DNA of 64,000 nt, taken from positions 159,466,001 to 159,530,000 of the forward strand of contig CM059431.1 of the NCBI GenBank assembly GCA_030390025.1, read 5' to 3'. Position 1 is the first letter of the stretch; every line of letters starts with the position of its first letter. This document shows positions 36,473 to 49,754 of this stretch, piece after piece. This stretch comes from Squalus acanthias. Lineage: Eukaryota. A model generated the notes under the pieces. It was not told where the DNA came from. It did no database searches and saw only the letters and a program-made list of their open reading frames with translations. The position numbers were made by a program, and so were the translations under genes.

Positions 36473-38895
36473 TACCAATCTCTGAGCTCGGAGGGAGAGA
36501 AGTAAAGGGTCATCGAAGTGTGACGTCACCAGAAAGCAGGTACGTGATTGGTTTGTGAGTAATTCTCTCTTTTAAAACTAAAACTCTGTGGTTTATAATT
36601 TCTAAGCTCTCTGTGGTGCAGCGGGGACTGTTGGTAAACCAGAGCCCTTAAGTATATCATTTAACTGTAGTGCAATTGGTGGGATTGATTTGTTTTAATT
36701 TAATTTGAATTAATTAAAGGGTAAGTCATGGCAGGAGAGCTCAGCAGCGTGGTGTGCTCCTCCTGTGCTATGTGGGAAATCAGGGACCCATCCGGTGTCT
36801 TTGACAACCATGTGTGCGGGAAGTGAATCCAGCTACAGCTACTGGCAGACCGCATTACGGCGCTGCAGCTGCGATTGGCTGCGTATTGGAGCATTCGCGA
36901 TGCTGAGAACCTCGTTAATAGCACGTTTAGCGAGTTGGTCACACCGCAGGCAAAGGGTGTACAGGCAGGAAGTAAATGGGTGACCACCAGGCAGAGTAAG
37001 AGGTGCAGGCAGGAAGTGCAGGGGTCCCCTGTGGACATCCCCCTCTCAAACAGATATACCACTTGGAATACTGTTGGGGGGGATGACTTATCAGGGGAAG
37101 GCAGCAGCAGCCAACTTCCTGGCACCATGGGTGGCTCTGCTGCACAGGCTGGGAGGAAAAAGAGTGGAAGAGCTATAGTGATAGGGGACTCAATTGTAAG
37201 GGGAATAGATAGGCGTTTCTGCGGCCGCAACCGAGACTCCAGGATGGTGTGTTGCCTCGCTGGTGCAAGGATCAAGGAGGTCTCGGAGCGGCTACAGAAC
37301 ATTTTGGAGGGGGAGGGCGAACAGCCAGCTGTCATGGTGCACATAGGCACCAATGATATAGGAAAAAAGTGGATGAGTTCCTAAAAGCAGAATATAGGGA
37401 GTTAGGAGGTAAATTAAAAAATGGGACCTCAAAGGTAGTAATCTCAGGATTGCTACCAATGCCACGTGCTAGTCAGAGTAGAAATAGGAGGATATTTCAA
37501 ATAAATACGTGGCTAGAGGAATGGTGCAAGGTGGCGGGATTCAAATTCCTGGGATATTGGAACCGATTCTGCGGGAGGTGGGACCAGTACAAACCGGACG
37601 GTCTGCACCTGGGCAGGGTCGGGACCGCTGTCCTAGGGGGAGTGTTTGCTAGTGCTGTTGGGGAGGGATTAAACTGAAGTGGCAGGGGGTTGGGCACCTG
37701 AGCAGGGAGACAGAGGAAAGCGTGTCAGGAAGGGACAGAAGGTATGGAGCTAAAAGGTAAAGTGTTAAAAAAGGAAAAAGCAGGAACTAAGTGTCACAAA
37801 ACATATTTGAAAGTTCTTTATCTGAATGCACGTAGCATTCGTAACAAAATGGACGAGTTAACGGCACAAATAACTACATATGGGTATGATCTTGTGGCCA
37901 TTACAGAAACATGGCTGCAGGGTGTAAACGACTGGGAACTAAATATGCCAGGGTATTTAACAATCAGGAAGGACAGGCAGGAAGGAAGGGAGGTGGGGTG
38001 GCTATGTTAATAAAGGAAGGAATCACTGTAATACAGAAAAATTATATTGGGTCAAAGGATCAGGATAATGGAACAGTTTGGGTGGAAATAAGGAATAATA
38101 AGGGGAAAAAAACACTAGTGGGAGTAGTATATAGGCCTCCTAATAGTTGCAACTCTGCTGGAAGAAGTATTAATCAGGAAATAGTTGGGGCATGTAATAA
38201 GGGAACAGCTATAATTATGGGGGATTTTAACTATCATATTAACTGGACAAATCAAATTGGGCAGGGCAGCCTTGAGGAAGAGTTTATTTAGTGTATTAGG
38301 GATGGATTTCTTGAGCAGTATATAACTGATCCTACAAGGGGGCAAGCAACCTTGGACCTGGTCCTGTGTAATGAGTCAGGATTAATTAATAATGTCCTAG
38401 TTAAGGATCCCCTTGGAATGAGTGACCATAACATGGTTGAATTCCATATCCAATTAGAGGGTGAGAAGGTTATTTCTCAAACAAGCGTACTGAGCTTGAA
38501 TAAAGGAGACTATGATGGTATGAAAGCGGAATTGATTAAAGTGGACTGGGAAAATAGATTAAAGGGTAAGACGGTACATGAGCAGTGGTGTTCATTTAAG
38601 GAGTTATTTTACAACTTTCAAAATAAATATATTCCACTGAGGAAAAAAGGGTGTAAAAGAAATGACAGCCATCCGTGGCTAAGTAAAGAAATTAAGGATA
38701 GTATCCGACTAAAAACAAGGACATATAAGGTAGCCAAACTTAGTGGGAGGATAGAAGATTGGGAAGACTTCAAAAGACAGCAAAAAGTAACTAAAGGATT
38801 GATTAAGAAAGGGAAGATAGATTATGAAAATAAATTAGCAAAAATATATAAAAACAGATAGCAACAGTTTCTATAGTTATATAAAAAGAAAAAGG

Positions 38896-40533
38896 GTGGC
38901 TAAGGCAAACGTAGGTCCCTTAGAGGATGAGACCGGGAAATTAATGGTGGGAAACATGGAGATGGCAATAATGCTGACCAAATATTTTGTTTCAGTCTTT
39001 ACGGTAGAGGACACTAAGAATATCCCAACACTGGACAAACAGGGGGCTCTAGGGGGGGAGGAGCTAAATACGATTAAAATCACTAAGGAATTGGTACTCA
39101 GTAAAATAATGGGACTCAAGGCGGATAAATCCCCTGGACCTGATGGCTTACATCCTAGGGTCTTGAGGGAAGTGGCAGTAGGGATTGTGGATGCTTTGGT
39201 AATAATTTTCCAAAATTCCCTGGACTCAGCAAAGGTCCCGGCAGATTGGAAAACTGCTAATGTAACACCCTTATTTAAAAAGGGTAGTAGGCAGAAGGCT
39301 GGAAATTATAGACCAGTTAGCCTAACATCTGTGGTGGGTAAAATTTTGGAGTCTATTATTAAGGAGACAGTAACGGATCATTTAGATAAACATAATTTAA
39401 TAGGCCAAAGTCAGCATGGCTTTATGAAGGGGAAGTCATGTCTGACAAATTTGCTTGATTTCTTTGAGGACATAACGAACAGGGTGGATAAAGGGGAACC
39501 AGTGGACGTAGTGTATTTAGACTTCCAGAAGGCATTCGACAAGGTGCCACATGAAAGATTATTGCTCAAGATAAAAAATCACTGGATTGGGGGTAATATT
39601 CTGGCATGGGTGGACGATTGGTTATCTAACAGGAAGCAGAGAGTTGGGATAAATGGTTCATTCTCGGACTGGAAACCAGTAGCCAGTGGTGTTCCGCAGG
39701 GGTCGGTGCTGGGTCCCCAACTCTTTACAATCTATATTAACGATTTGGAGGAGGGAACCGAGTGTTACATATCAAAGTTTGCAGATGATACAAAGATGGG
39801 AGGGAAAGTAGAAAGTGAGGAGGACATAAAAAACCTACAAGGGGATATAGACAGGCTGGGTGAGTGGGCGGAGATTTGGCAGATGCAATACAATATTGGA
39901 AAATGTGAGGTTATGCACTTTGGCAGGAAAAATCAGAGAGCAAGTTATTATCTTAATGGCGAGAAACTGGAAAGTACTGCAGTACAACGGGATCTGGGGG
40001 TCCTAGTGCAAGAAAATCAAAAAGTTAGTATGCAGGTGCAGCAGGTGATCAAGAAGGCCAACGGAATGTTGGCTTTTATTGCTAGGGGGATAGATTATAA
40101 AAACAGGGAGGTATTGCTGCAGTTATATAAGGTATTGGTGAGACCGCACCTGGAATACTGCGTACAGTTTTGGTGTCCATACTTAAGAAAAGACATACTT
40201 GCTCTCGAGGCAGTACAAAGAAGCTTCACTCGGTTAATCCCGGGGATGAGGGGGTGGACATATGAGGAGAGGTTGAGTAGATTGGGACTCTACTCATTGG
40301 AGTTCAGAAGAATGAGAGGCGATCTTATTGAAACATATAAGATTGTGAAGGGGCTTGATCGGGTGGATGCGGTAAGGATGTTCCCAAGGATGGGTGAAAC
40401 TAGAACTAGGGGGCATAATCTTAGAATAAGGGGCTGCTCTTTCAAAACTGAGATGAGGAGAAACTTCTTCACTCAGAGGGTAGTAGGTCTGTGGAATTTG
40501 CTGCCCCAGGAAGCTGTGGAAGCTACTCATTAA
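38896..40533 (+). CDS. CR1 ORF2 reverse transcriptase portion (uninterrupted 545 aa)
   Basis: SPGPDG, NYRPVSLTS, QHGF, YLDFQKAFDKV, GVPQGSVLGP and FADD motifs. Confidence 0.9.
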   Translation: MAKANVGPLEDETGKLMVGNMEMAIMLTKYFVSVFTVEDTKNIPTLDKQGALGGEELNTIKITKELVLSKIMGLKADKSPGPDGLHPRVLREVAVGIVDALVIIFQNSLDSAKVPADWKTANVTPLFKKGSRQKAGNYRPVSLTSVVGKILESIIKETVTDHLDKHNLIGQSQHGFMKGKSCLTNLLDFFEDITNRVDKGEPVDVVYLDFQKAFDKVPHERLLLKIKNHWIGGNILAWVDDWLSNRKQRVGINGSFSDWKPVASGVPQGSVLGPQLFTIYINDLEEGTECYISKFADDTKMGGKVESEEDIKNLQGDIDRLGEWAEIWQMQYNIGKCEVMHFGRKNQRASYYLNGEKLESTAVQRDLGVLVQENQKVSMQVQQVIKKANGMLAFIARGIDYKNREVLLQLYKVLVRPHLEYCVQFWCPYLRKDILALEAVQRSFTRLIPGMRGWTYEERLSRLGLYSLEFRRMRGDLIETYKIVKGLDRVDAVRMFPRMGETRTRGHNLRIRGCSFKTEMRRNFFTQRVVGLWNLLPQEAVEATH

Positions 40534-40811
40534 ATAAATTTAAAACAGAAATAGACAGTTTCCTAGAAGTAAAGGGAATTAGGGGTTACGGGGAGAGGGC
40601 AGGAAATTGTACATGAGGCTGAGTTCGGATCGGTCAAGGCCCTGTGGGTGGCGGAGCGGGCCCAGGGGCTGAGTGGCCGGGTCCTGCTCCTACTTCTTGT
40701 GTTCTTTAGAATTGAGGTTAGGATCAGATCAGCCATGATCTTATTGAATGGCGGAGCAGGCTCGAGGGGCCGATTGGCCTACTCCTGGTCCTATTTCTTA
40801 TGTTCTTATGT

Positions 40812-41977
40812 CCAAATATCGACACTTCAACTGGATCATTCACCGGGCCCCCATATCCACCCCCCCCCCTCCCCCCGCCACTTCCAAAATCCTTTCCAGC
40901 CACATCGAAATAAAATTAAGATAATTAGGGCCAACTCAAGGCTAAGTCTTTGGTGTAGGCTATGAATCTTTTCAGTTCTCCAAACAATGTTAAACATGTC
41001 AAAAAAGGGTAGTCTATACAGAACTGATCTGGCTGCACATAAACAAAGGCGAGGGTTCAGGTCTTAGCAGACAAGATTGATAGAATGTATGGGAGTGTTT
41101 ACAGTAGATTCGGGGGTAGTTACGGTGCTAAAAGAGAGTATCCAAAGCGATGGTAGCAATACCAAGGCGTACCACTGAAAACATAAATGATTATGATTAA
41201 TAAGTTGAATTCCAAAGGTGGAAGAAATACAAAGTAAAAGGTGTTAGTAATGGAAATGGGAAAGGTAAAGCCATTAGAGCTTTGCTTCTGTTAATGCAAA
41301 AAAATGTCAAACAAATAACATCAGCGACGTCGAAAGTCTTTCAGGTGCTGCTAGTTTGGACATCATTCGCGTCATGCAGACATGGTGGAATGACTCCAAT
41401 CAATCGGTTACATATCTGGAACGATATAAATTAAGTAGAAGAGATGCTATCACGAGAACATGAGGTGGTGTGAGAGTATGTTTAAGAAGGGAGATAGAAC
41501 ATGTCCAGGGAATTATAGACGAGTCAGCTTAACATAGATTAACATAGGGTGGATAGATAATGGAATCTCTATAAAGGCGAAAATAGAATAGCATCTAACA
41601 ACTAAAAATATTCTTTGAACAGAAATTCCACTTATTTGTCCCACACATTTCTAAACAAATAAACGGCGATTTCGCTACATTAAATCACCATAATTGTGCT
41701 CAGTATATTCCGGGTCTTTAACTAGTTCTGCGATTCCTGTTTCAAGTTCCAGAGAGTCCTGGTATGTTAGCGTTGTGTGTTTTGCAGGTCAATGATTACA
41801 CCCTGGGTAAAGATCAGTTACACATCACAGTCATAAACACGACATTCAGCCTGATCAGTATAATCCCTCCCCGCCCTGTTCTTTGGTACAGGTTTCGATC
41901 TGAATCACGCACTGTCTGATGCAGATTGAAATGTTGTGATAAATTACCCAAAGTCATTAATCCTCTGTGTGGTAACA
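40812..41977 (+). repeat. Segmental duplication, partial copy D (matches 9493-10648)
   Basis: Collinear with 9493-10648, including the exon module at 41722-41802 whose donor is mutated (GT to TT). Confidence 0.9.
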
Positions 41978-43358
41978 GACTTGGGGAAGCATGGGTGAAT
42001 AAGGGACAGCCAGCACGGATTTGTTAAAGGCAAATCGTGTCGACTAACCTGATTGAGTTCTTTGATGAACTAACACAGAGGGCTGATGAAGGTGGTGCAG
42101 TAGAATTTGTATATATGGAACTTCAAAAGGCATTTGTTGAAGTACCCCGTAACAGACTTATTCGGAAAATAGGAGCACTCAGTATTACAGAGACGGTGGT
42201 AACTTGGGTACCAAATTGGCTGAGGGATAAGAGGCAGAGATTATTACTGAAATAATGTTCATTTTCTGACTGAAGTTAAGTATGCAGTGGGGTCCCCCAG
42301 GTGTCGAAATAAGGACCATTGCTTTTCTGTTAATATATAAATTGCGGGCGATACAAAACTTGGCAACGTAGTAAATAGTTGGCAAAATAGCAGTGGCCTT
42401 CAGGAGCATGTAGACAGACTGGTGAAATGGGCAGACACATGGCAGATGCTAGTTAATGTGGATAACTGTGAAGTGATGCAGTTTGGGAGAAACAAAATGG
42501 CGAGGCAGAATAATCGAAATGGTATTTATTTGAGGAGGTGCAAGAGCAGAGGGACCTGTGATGCATATTTACAGATCTTTGAAGGTGGCAGGCCAAATTG
42601 ATAAGTTGGATAAAAAGCGTATGGGATACCTGGCTTTGTAAATAAAGGTTATGAATACACAAACAAGGAAGCCATGCTGAACCTTTCTAAGTCTCTGGTT
42701 CGGCCTCAGCTGGAGTAGTTTGTATTTTGTACAATTCTGGGGAGCAAACTTTAGGAAGGATGTCAAAGGTCTGGCGAGTGTACAAAAAGGGGCATACCAG
42801 GATGATACCAGGATGAGGGACTTCAGTAATGTGGATATTGGAGAAGCTTGGATGGTTCTCCTTAGAGCCGAGAATGGTAAGGCGCAACCTAATAGAGGTA
42901 TTCGAAATCATGAGGGGTTTTGATAGAGCAGGTAGAGAGAAAATATTTGCTCTGGCATGTGGGTAGGTAACTAGAGGTCATACATTTAAAATAACTGACA
43001 TAAGGGGATTGTTAAAGCTGGAACGCATTACCTAATAGGGTAGTGGAATCAGATTCCATAGGAACTTTTAACAGGCAATTGGGCATGTACTTGAAGAGGA
43101 CTAATTTTCAGGGTTATGGGGAAATACCTGAGGCATGGTACTTTATCAGACAGCTCTGTCAAAGAACCGGAATAGACGTGATGAACCGAATGGCCTCCTT
43201 CTGTGCTGTATGATTCTATGATTCTATACTACGCTCCGTGACCGAACAATCTCATTTCCATCCGCCCTCCTGGTCTATATCTGATTCTCGCCCTGCTTTC
43301 CTTTCCATCTCTCCCAAGCCTGATGATCTTCTCTGCTTCCTTATCCATCCTGTTGCAT
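41978..43358 (+). mobile_element. Decayed CR1 3' fragment plus flank (paralog of 23938-25205)
   Basis: ORF 42037 (TNLIEFFDELT...QKAFVEVP); shared idiosyncratic changes and flank. Confidence 0.85.
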
Positions 43359-43417
43359 ACCTAAATCGCCAGCACCACATAAGATACATCAAAGCAATTC
43401 TAATTATTCCAACATCA

Positions 43418-46400
43418 CATAAGAAGATAAGAAAATAAGAAATAGGAGCAGGAGCAGGACATTCGGCCCCTCTAGCCTGCTCCGCCGTTCAATAGATCAT
43501 GGCTGATCTGATCTTGGCCTCAACTCCACTTCCCTGCCTGTTCCCCATAACCCTTGAATCCCCTGTAACTCAATTATCTGCCTTGTATATATTCACTGAA
43601 TCCGCCTCCACAGCTCTCTGAGGTAGAGAATTCCAAAGATGCACGACCCACTGAGAGAAGAAATTCCTCCTCCTCTCCGTTTTAAATGAGCGACCACTTA
43701 TCCTGAAACTATGACCCCTATTCTAGATTCCGCCACGAGGGGAAACATCCTTTCAGCATCTAACATGTAAAGACCCCTCAGAATCTAATGTTTCAATAAG
43801 ATCACCTCCCATTCTTCTAAACTCCAATGAGAATAGCCCCAACCTGTTCAACCTTTCTTCATAAGACAACCCCATCATCTCAGGAATCAGCCTTGTGAAA
43901 CTTCTCTGAACTGCCTCCAATGCAAGTATATCCCTCCTTAAATAAGGAGACCAAAACTGTCCGCAGTACTCCAGGTTTGGTCTCACTAACGCCCTGTACA
44001 GTTGTAGCAAGACTTCCCTACTTTTATACTCCAGCCCCCTTACAATAAAGGCCAACATTCCATTTGACTTCCTTAACTGCTTGCTGTACCAGCTTGCTAA
44101 CTTTTTGTGTTTCTTGTACGAGGACACCCAGATCCTTCTGCACCGCAGCATTCTTTAGTCTCTCTCTATTTAAATAATATTTAGCTTTTCTATTCTTTCT
44201 ACCAAAGTGGATAATATCATATTTTCCTACATTATACTCCATCTGCCAATTTTTGGCCCACTCACTAAACCATCTATATCCCTTTGCAGACTCTTTGTGT
44301 CCTCCTCACATTTTGCTTTCACACCTTTCTTTGTATCGTCAGCAAATTTGGCTACAGTACACTCGGTCCTTTCATCCAATTCATTGACATAAATTGTAAA
44401 TAGTTGAAGCCCCAGCACTGATCCCTGTGGCACCCAACTAGTTACAGTTTACCAACGTGAAAATGACGCCTTTATCTCGACTCTATTTTCTGTTAGTTAG
44501 CCAATCTTCTATCCATGCCAATATATTAACCCCAACACCGTGAGCTCGTATCTTGTGCAGTAACCTTTTATATGGCACCTTAGCGAATGTCTTTTGGAAA
44601 TCCAAATACGCTACATCTACTGGTTCCCCTTGGTCCACCCTGCTCGATACATAAGAACTTAAGAACATAAGAAATAGGAGCAGGAGTAGGCCAATCGGCC
44701 CCTCGAGCCTGCTCCGCCATTCAATAAGATCATGGCTGATCTGATCCTAACCTCAAATCTAAAGAACACAAGAAGTAGGAGCAGGACCCGGCCACTCAGC
44801 CCCTGGGCCCGCTCCGCCACCCACAGGGCCTTGACCGATCCGAACTCAGCCTCATGTACAATTTCCTGCCCGCTCCCCGTAACCCCTAATTCCCTTTACT
44901 TCTAGGAAACTGTCTATTTCTGTTTTAAATTTATTTAATGATGTAGCTTCCACAGCTTCCTGGGGCAGCAAATTCCACATTCTCAATGAACTCTAATAAA
45001 TTTGTCAAACACGATTTCCCTTTCATAAAACTATGTTCACTCTGCTTGATTGTACTATGATTTTCTAAATGTCCTGCTACTACTCCCTTAATAATGGATT
45101 CCAGCATTTTCCCAATGACAGATGTTATGCTAACTGGCCTATAGTTTCCTGATTTCTGTCTCGCTCCTTTCTTGAAAAGGGACGTTACATTTGCGGTTTT
45201 CAATTGCGCTGGAACCTTTCCAGAATCTAGGAAATCTTGGAAGATTACAACCAATGCATCCACTATCTCTGCAGCCACTTCTTTTAAGAACCTAGAATCC
45301 AGGCCATCAGGCCCAGGGGATTTGTCAGTCTTGTGTCCCATTAGTTTGCCTAGTACTTTTTCTCAGTGATAGTGATTGTTTTAAGTTCCTCCCTCCCTTT
45401 TGCCCCTTGATTATCTATTATTATTGGGATGTTTTTAGTGTATTCTACCGTGAAGACAGATACAAAATATTTGTTCAAAGTCTCAGCCATTTCTTTGTTT
45501 CCCATTATTAATTCCCCAGTCTTATCCTCTAAGGGACCAACGCTTTCTTTAGTTACTCTCTTCCTTAAATACTTGGAGAGGATCTTACTGTTTGTTTTTA
45601 TATTTCTTGCTAGTTTACTCTCATCATCTATTTTCCACCTCTTTATTATTTTTTTAGTCATCCTTTGATAGTTTCTAAAAAAATCCCAATGTTCTGGCAT
45701 ACCACTTATCTTCGCAACCTTGTATGCATTTTCCTTCAATTTGATACCACCCTTAACTTCCTTAGTTAGCCACGGATGTTTCATACTTCTCATAGAGTCT
45801 TTCTTTCTCACTGGAATAAACATTTGTTAAGAGTTATGAAATATCTCCTTAAATGTCTGCCACTGCTTATCTACCGTCTTACCCTTTAATCTATTTTCCC
45901 TGTCCACTTTAGCCAACTCTGTCTTCATACCTTTGCAATTGCCTTTATTTAAGTTTAAGACACTAGTTTCAGCCCCAAGTTTCTCACCCTCAAATTGAAT
46001 GTGAAAATCTTCATGTTATGATCACTCTTCCCTGGAAGATCCTTTATCATTAATTAATCCTGTCTCATTACCAGATCTGAAATGTCCTGTTCCCTGTTTG
46101 GTTCCACAACGTATTGTTCTAAGAAACCGCCCGGAATACACTCTATGAACTCATCCTCAAGGCTGCCCTTGCCAATTTGATTTGTCCAATCTATATGAAG
46201 ATTGAAATCGCCCATGATTATTGCAGTACCTTTCTTACAAACTCCCATTATTTCTTGATTTATTCTCCGTCCTACAGTGTAGTTACTGTTAGGTGGCCTA
46301 TAGACTTCTCCCACCAGTGAGTTCTTTACCTTACTATTTCTTATCTCCATCCAAACTGATTCGACATCTTGATCTTCCGAGCCAAGATCATTTCTCACTA

Positions 46401-47780
46401 CTGTACTGATCTCATCCTTTATTAACAGAGGTACACCACCGCTTTTTCCTGTCTGTCTATCCTTCCGAAATGTCAAATATCCCATAATATTCAGTTCCCA
46501 GGCTTGGTCACCTTGTAACCACGTCTCTGTAATGGCTATCAGATCATACCCATGTATTTCTATTTGTGCCATCAATTCATCTTTCTTGTTACGAATGCTG
46601 TGTGCATTCAGATAAAGTGCCTTTATTTGATCTTTTTACGATTTTTCCCTACTCTGATCCTATTTGCTGGGGTACATTTATGTTCCTACGCTCTGTCCCT
46701 TACTGTTACAATCTGGTTATCAATACCCCTATTGCTACCTTGCACTATTGCCTTGTCCTTTCTTGTTAACTTTCTAAATTACCCCTCAACTTTCCCTCCC
46801 CCCCCCCCCAACTTTTAGTTTAAAGCCCTATCTGCAGCCCTAGTTATTCGATTCGCCAGGACACTGGTCCCAGCATGGTTCAAAGTAAAGCCCGTCCCAA
46901 CAGAACTGCTCCCTCTTTCCCCAGTACTGGTGACAGTGCCCTATGAATCGAAACCCATTTCTCCCACACTAATCTTTGAGCCACCCATTCAGCTCTCTGA
47001 TCTTATTGACCCTATGACAATTTGCTCGTGGTTCAGGTAATAATCCAGAGATTATTACCTTTGGGGATCTGCTTTTTAATTTGTATCCTATCTCCTCAAA
47101 CTCCCTCAGCAGAACCTCATCCCTAGTTCTACCTATGTCGTTGTTTCCTACGTGGACCACGACAACTGGACCCTCCCCCTCCCACTCCACGTTCCTCTCC
47201 AGCCGCAAGGAGGTTTCTTTAACATTGGCACCGGACAGGCAAAACAACCTTTGGAACAATCAGTCGCGGCTGCAGAGAACCTATAAATCTCCCTGATTAT
47301 ACTGTCCCTACCACAACTACATTCCCTTTCACACACCCCAGTTGAATGGCCTCCTGCACCCTGTTGCCATGGACAACTTGCTCATCCATCCTGCAGGCTT
47401 GTCCCTTATTCACACATGCAGCAAGCACCTCATACATGTTGGACAAGGGCTAATGCTGAGGCCCCTCCCGCACGGCACCTGGGGTCCCATTACCTACCTG
47501 GGTTGCACTCACACCCTCCTGTCCCTGACCACTAACCAGACCTGTACCACTACCTAACGTAAGGGTTGTGACTGCCTCTTGTATCAAAGTGTCCAGGTAA
47601 CTCTGCCCATCCCTTCTGCCCCGCAATGTCTGCACCTCAGACTCCAGCTCAAAAGCTCTGAGCTGAAGTTCCTCAAGATGCAGGCACTTACTTCAAACGT
47701 GGTTGTCCGGGATCACAATGTTCTCCAGAAATTCCCACTTGCTGCAGTTGCGGCACACTACCTGCACTGCCATCCCCATC
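43418..47780 (-). mobile_element. Near full-length, decayed CR1 LINE
   Basis: Tail at 43418; RT ORFs 43753-45823; EN 46054-46575; esterase 46969-47336; zinc finger start near 47773. Confidence 0.93.
44650..44979 (-). mobile_element. Short 5'-truncated copy of the double-tailed CR1 subfamily, nested in an older CR1
   Basis: Near-identical reverse complement of 40490-40811; acat microhomology at both junctions. Confidence 0.9.
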
Positions 47781-47989
47781 ACACTTTGTATGCATATTAC
47801 ATGCACAGCTCATGTTATCTTCACCGAATGCAGCTACAGACTCGAGAAATGGTAGCTACAGTAATGAAGCACTGGCTGGCTAAAGTTTCTCTTCAATATT
47901 CTTTTCTGTTTGGTCACACATCTCCATGTTGAAAACCCACTTGTGGTATCTTGCCTATGTTATAGTTTCACTTGGTCTGAGCCTCATTC

Positions 47990-49500
47990 TAAGATTCAAT
48001 TATCTCCCTTTGTACTTGATTCTTCAATCAGAGGTAATAGTTTCTATCTATCTAACATATTGAATCCTTTGACCATTTAAAAATCTCCATCAGATCATCG
48101 CTCAATCTACTATACATAATGGAATAAAATCCACATCTATGCAACCTGTCAATCTGTGTGCACACCCTTTATCCCAACTCTGCCTCCTAACTCCTGAACA
48201 AATTGTAACCCAAGTTAAAAAGATGCCATGCACTCTCATTTTTGCAACTTATATTTTGTGTGGAACCTTATCGAATCCTTTCTGTAAATCCCCATAGATA
48301 ACATCCATAAACAAGCCCTTATCTACCATATTAGTGATCTCTCAAAAAGTCGACGAGATTGTCAGACAAGTGTTACTTTTAGCAAAGGCATTCTGGCTCT
48401 CTCTGATGAGCTCACATTTTCTCAAGTGTTTAGTCGTTCCATCCTTAATGATAGATTCTAGTAGCTTCCCCTCAACGAGCGTTAAACTACAACAGAGAAA
48501 CAGGCCATTCAGCCCAACCAGTCCATGCGACAACTGGCAAGCGTGAAGTTACCTTCTTTCTCTATTTCGCCAATCTTAAATAATGGAATGGCGATAGCAA
48601 TTTTCCAGTCTTATGGCATAATACCTGAATCAAGAGAGCTTTGAAAGATTATAACTAATGCGTCTGTAATTCTAACCCCTACTTATTTTAGGACCCTTGG
48701 GTGTATGCCATTATGTCCAGCAAATGTATCTATCCTAAGTCCTATTATCTCCTCCATTAACATTATTACTTGTATTAATTCAGTTTGTTCCACCCCTTGA
48801 TTTATTTTTAGTATCCCTTCTACCAATGGTATTTTGCCCTCTTCTTCTACTGTGAAAACCAATACAAAGTATTGGGTAAATAATTCTGCTATTACGTTGT
48901 TAGCTATTGCAGAACCACATGTGTTTTTTTCTAATGAGCCCACACCTAACTTAGCCACTTTCTTACTCTTAATATATTGAAACAATTTTTTATTATTATC
49001 GTTGATATTAATTACAAGTTTAATTCTATTCCCTTTTGGCAACTCTTAATAATTTCTTTGAGTCCTTTGTTGGTTTTCTTTATTGTTCCCAGTTTTCTGG
49101 ATCACCTTATTTCTTGGCATTTGTGTAATTCCCTTCCATTAGTTTTACACTGCGTCTTACCTCACATGGTTGTTTGAATGCACAAGTGGAATTCTTCCTC
49201 TTTAGGGATATGACTTGGATGACCAGCAATGTTCTATCCACAAAATGAAGGACAGACTGAATCCAACCAATCACCGGCCTATTAACCACCTGACAATGAT
49301 CAGCAAAGTGATGGGTGGACTCATCAATGGCGCCATCAAGCAACATTTACTCATCAAAAACCTGCTCAGCAACGCTCAGTTCGAGTGGTGCCTGAAATCC
49401 GTGAGTCCCAACTTGAGACCAGGTCACCGTAACTCCCGCGACAATAAGGCAGCATTTGATTCGCCTGGCACCAAGGAGCTCTGGTATCCTGAGGTCAATG
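47990..49500. mobile_element. Old CR1/LINE remnants (minus ~47990-49215, plus ~49215-49500)
   Basis: ORF 48683 (FAGHNGIHPRVLK), ORF 48342 (GKLLESIIK) and ORF 49215 (NPTNHRPINHLTMISKVM). Confidence 0.7.
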
Positions 49501-49754
49501 CGGGTTAAATAAAGGTTTAACCGCCCCTGGCTGAAAACTGTATTTCGGTTGTGGTTGTGGTTTATTTTGAAAAGTCTCGACCTTTAACTTTTTGTTCAAA
49601 GCCGTGACATAATCGAGAACAATATATAAATACTATTTACTGCGGTAGAATTTTAGCGTGTGAATTTATATTTGGAAGTTTTATTCTGTTAAAAAGCAGT
49701 TTTTTCTTTTCTGATTTAATGATAGATACTTCAAATTTTCAAAAACATTAATGC

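Larger units (their letters stand above)
36170..40811 (+). mobile_element. Essentially full-length CR1 LINE
   Basis: GC-rich repeated 5' UTR; ORF1 from ATG 36728 (CSSCAMWE..VCGK zinc finger, GDSIVR/GTND/DGLH esterase); ORF2 ~37740-40533 (EN plus RT); (cttatgtt)n tail. Confidence 0.97.

Noticed and set aside
36159..36485. Repetitive Gly/Ala/Arg-rich ORF
   Set aside because: It is a translation of the CR1 5' UTR tandem repeat
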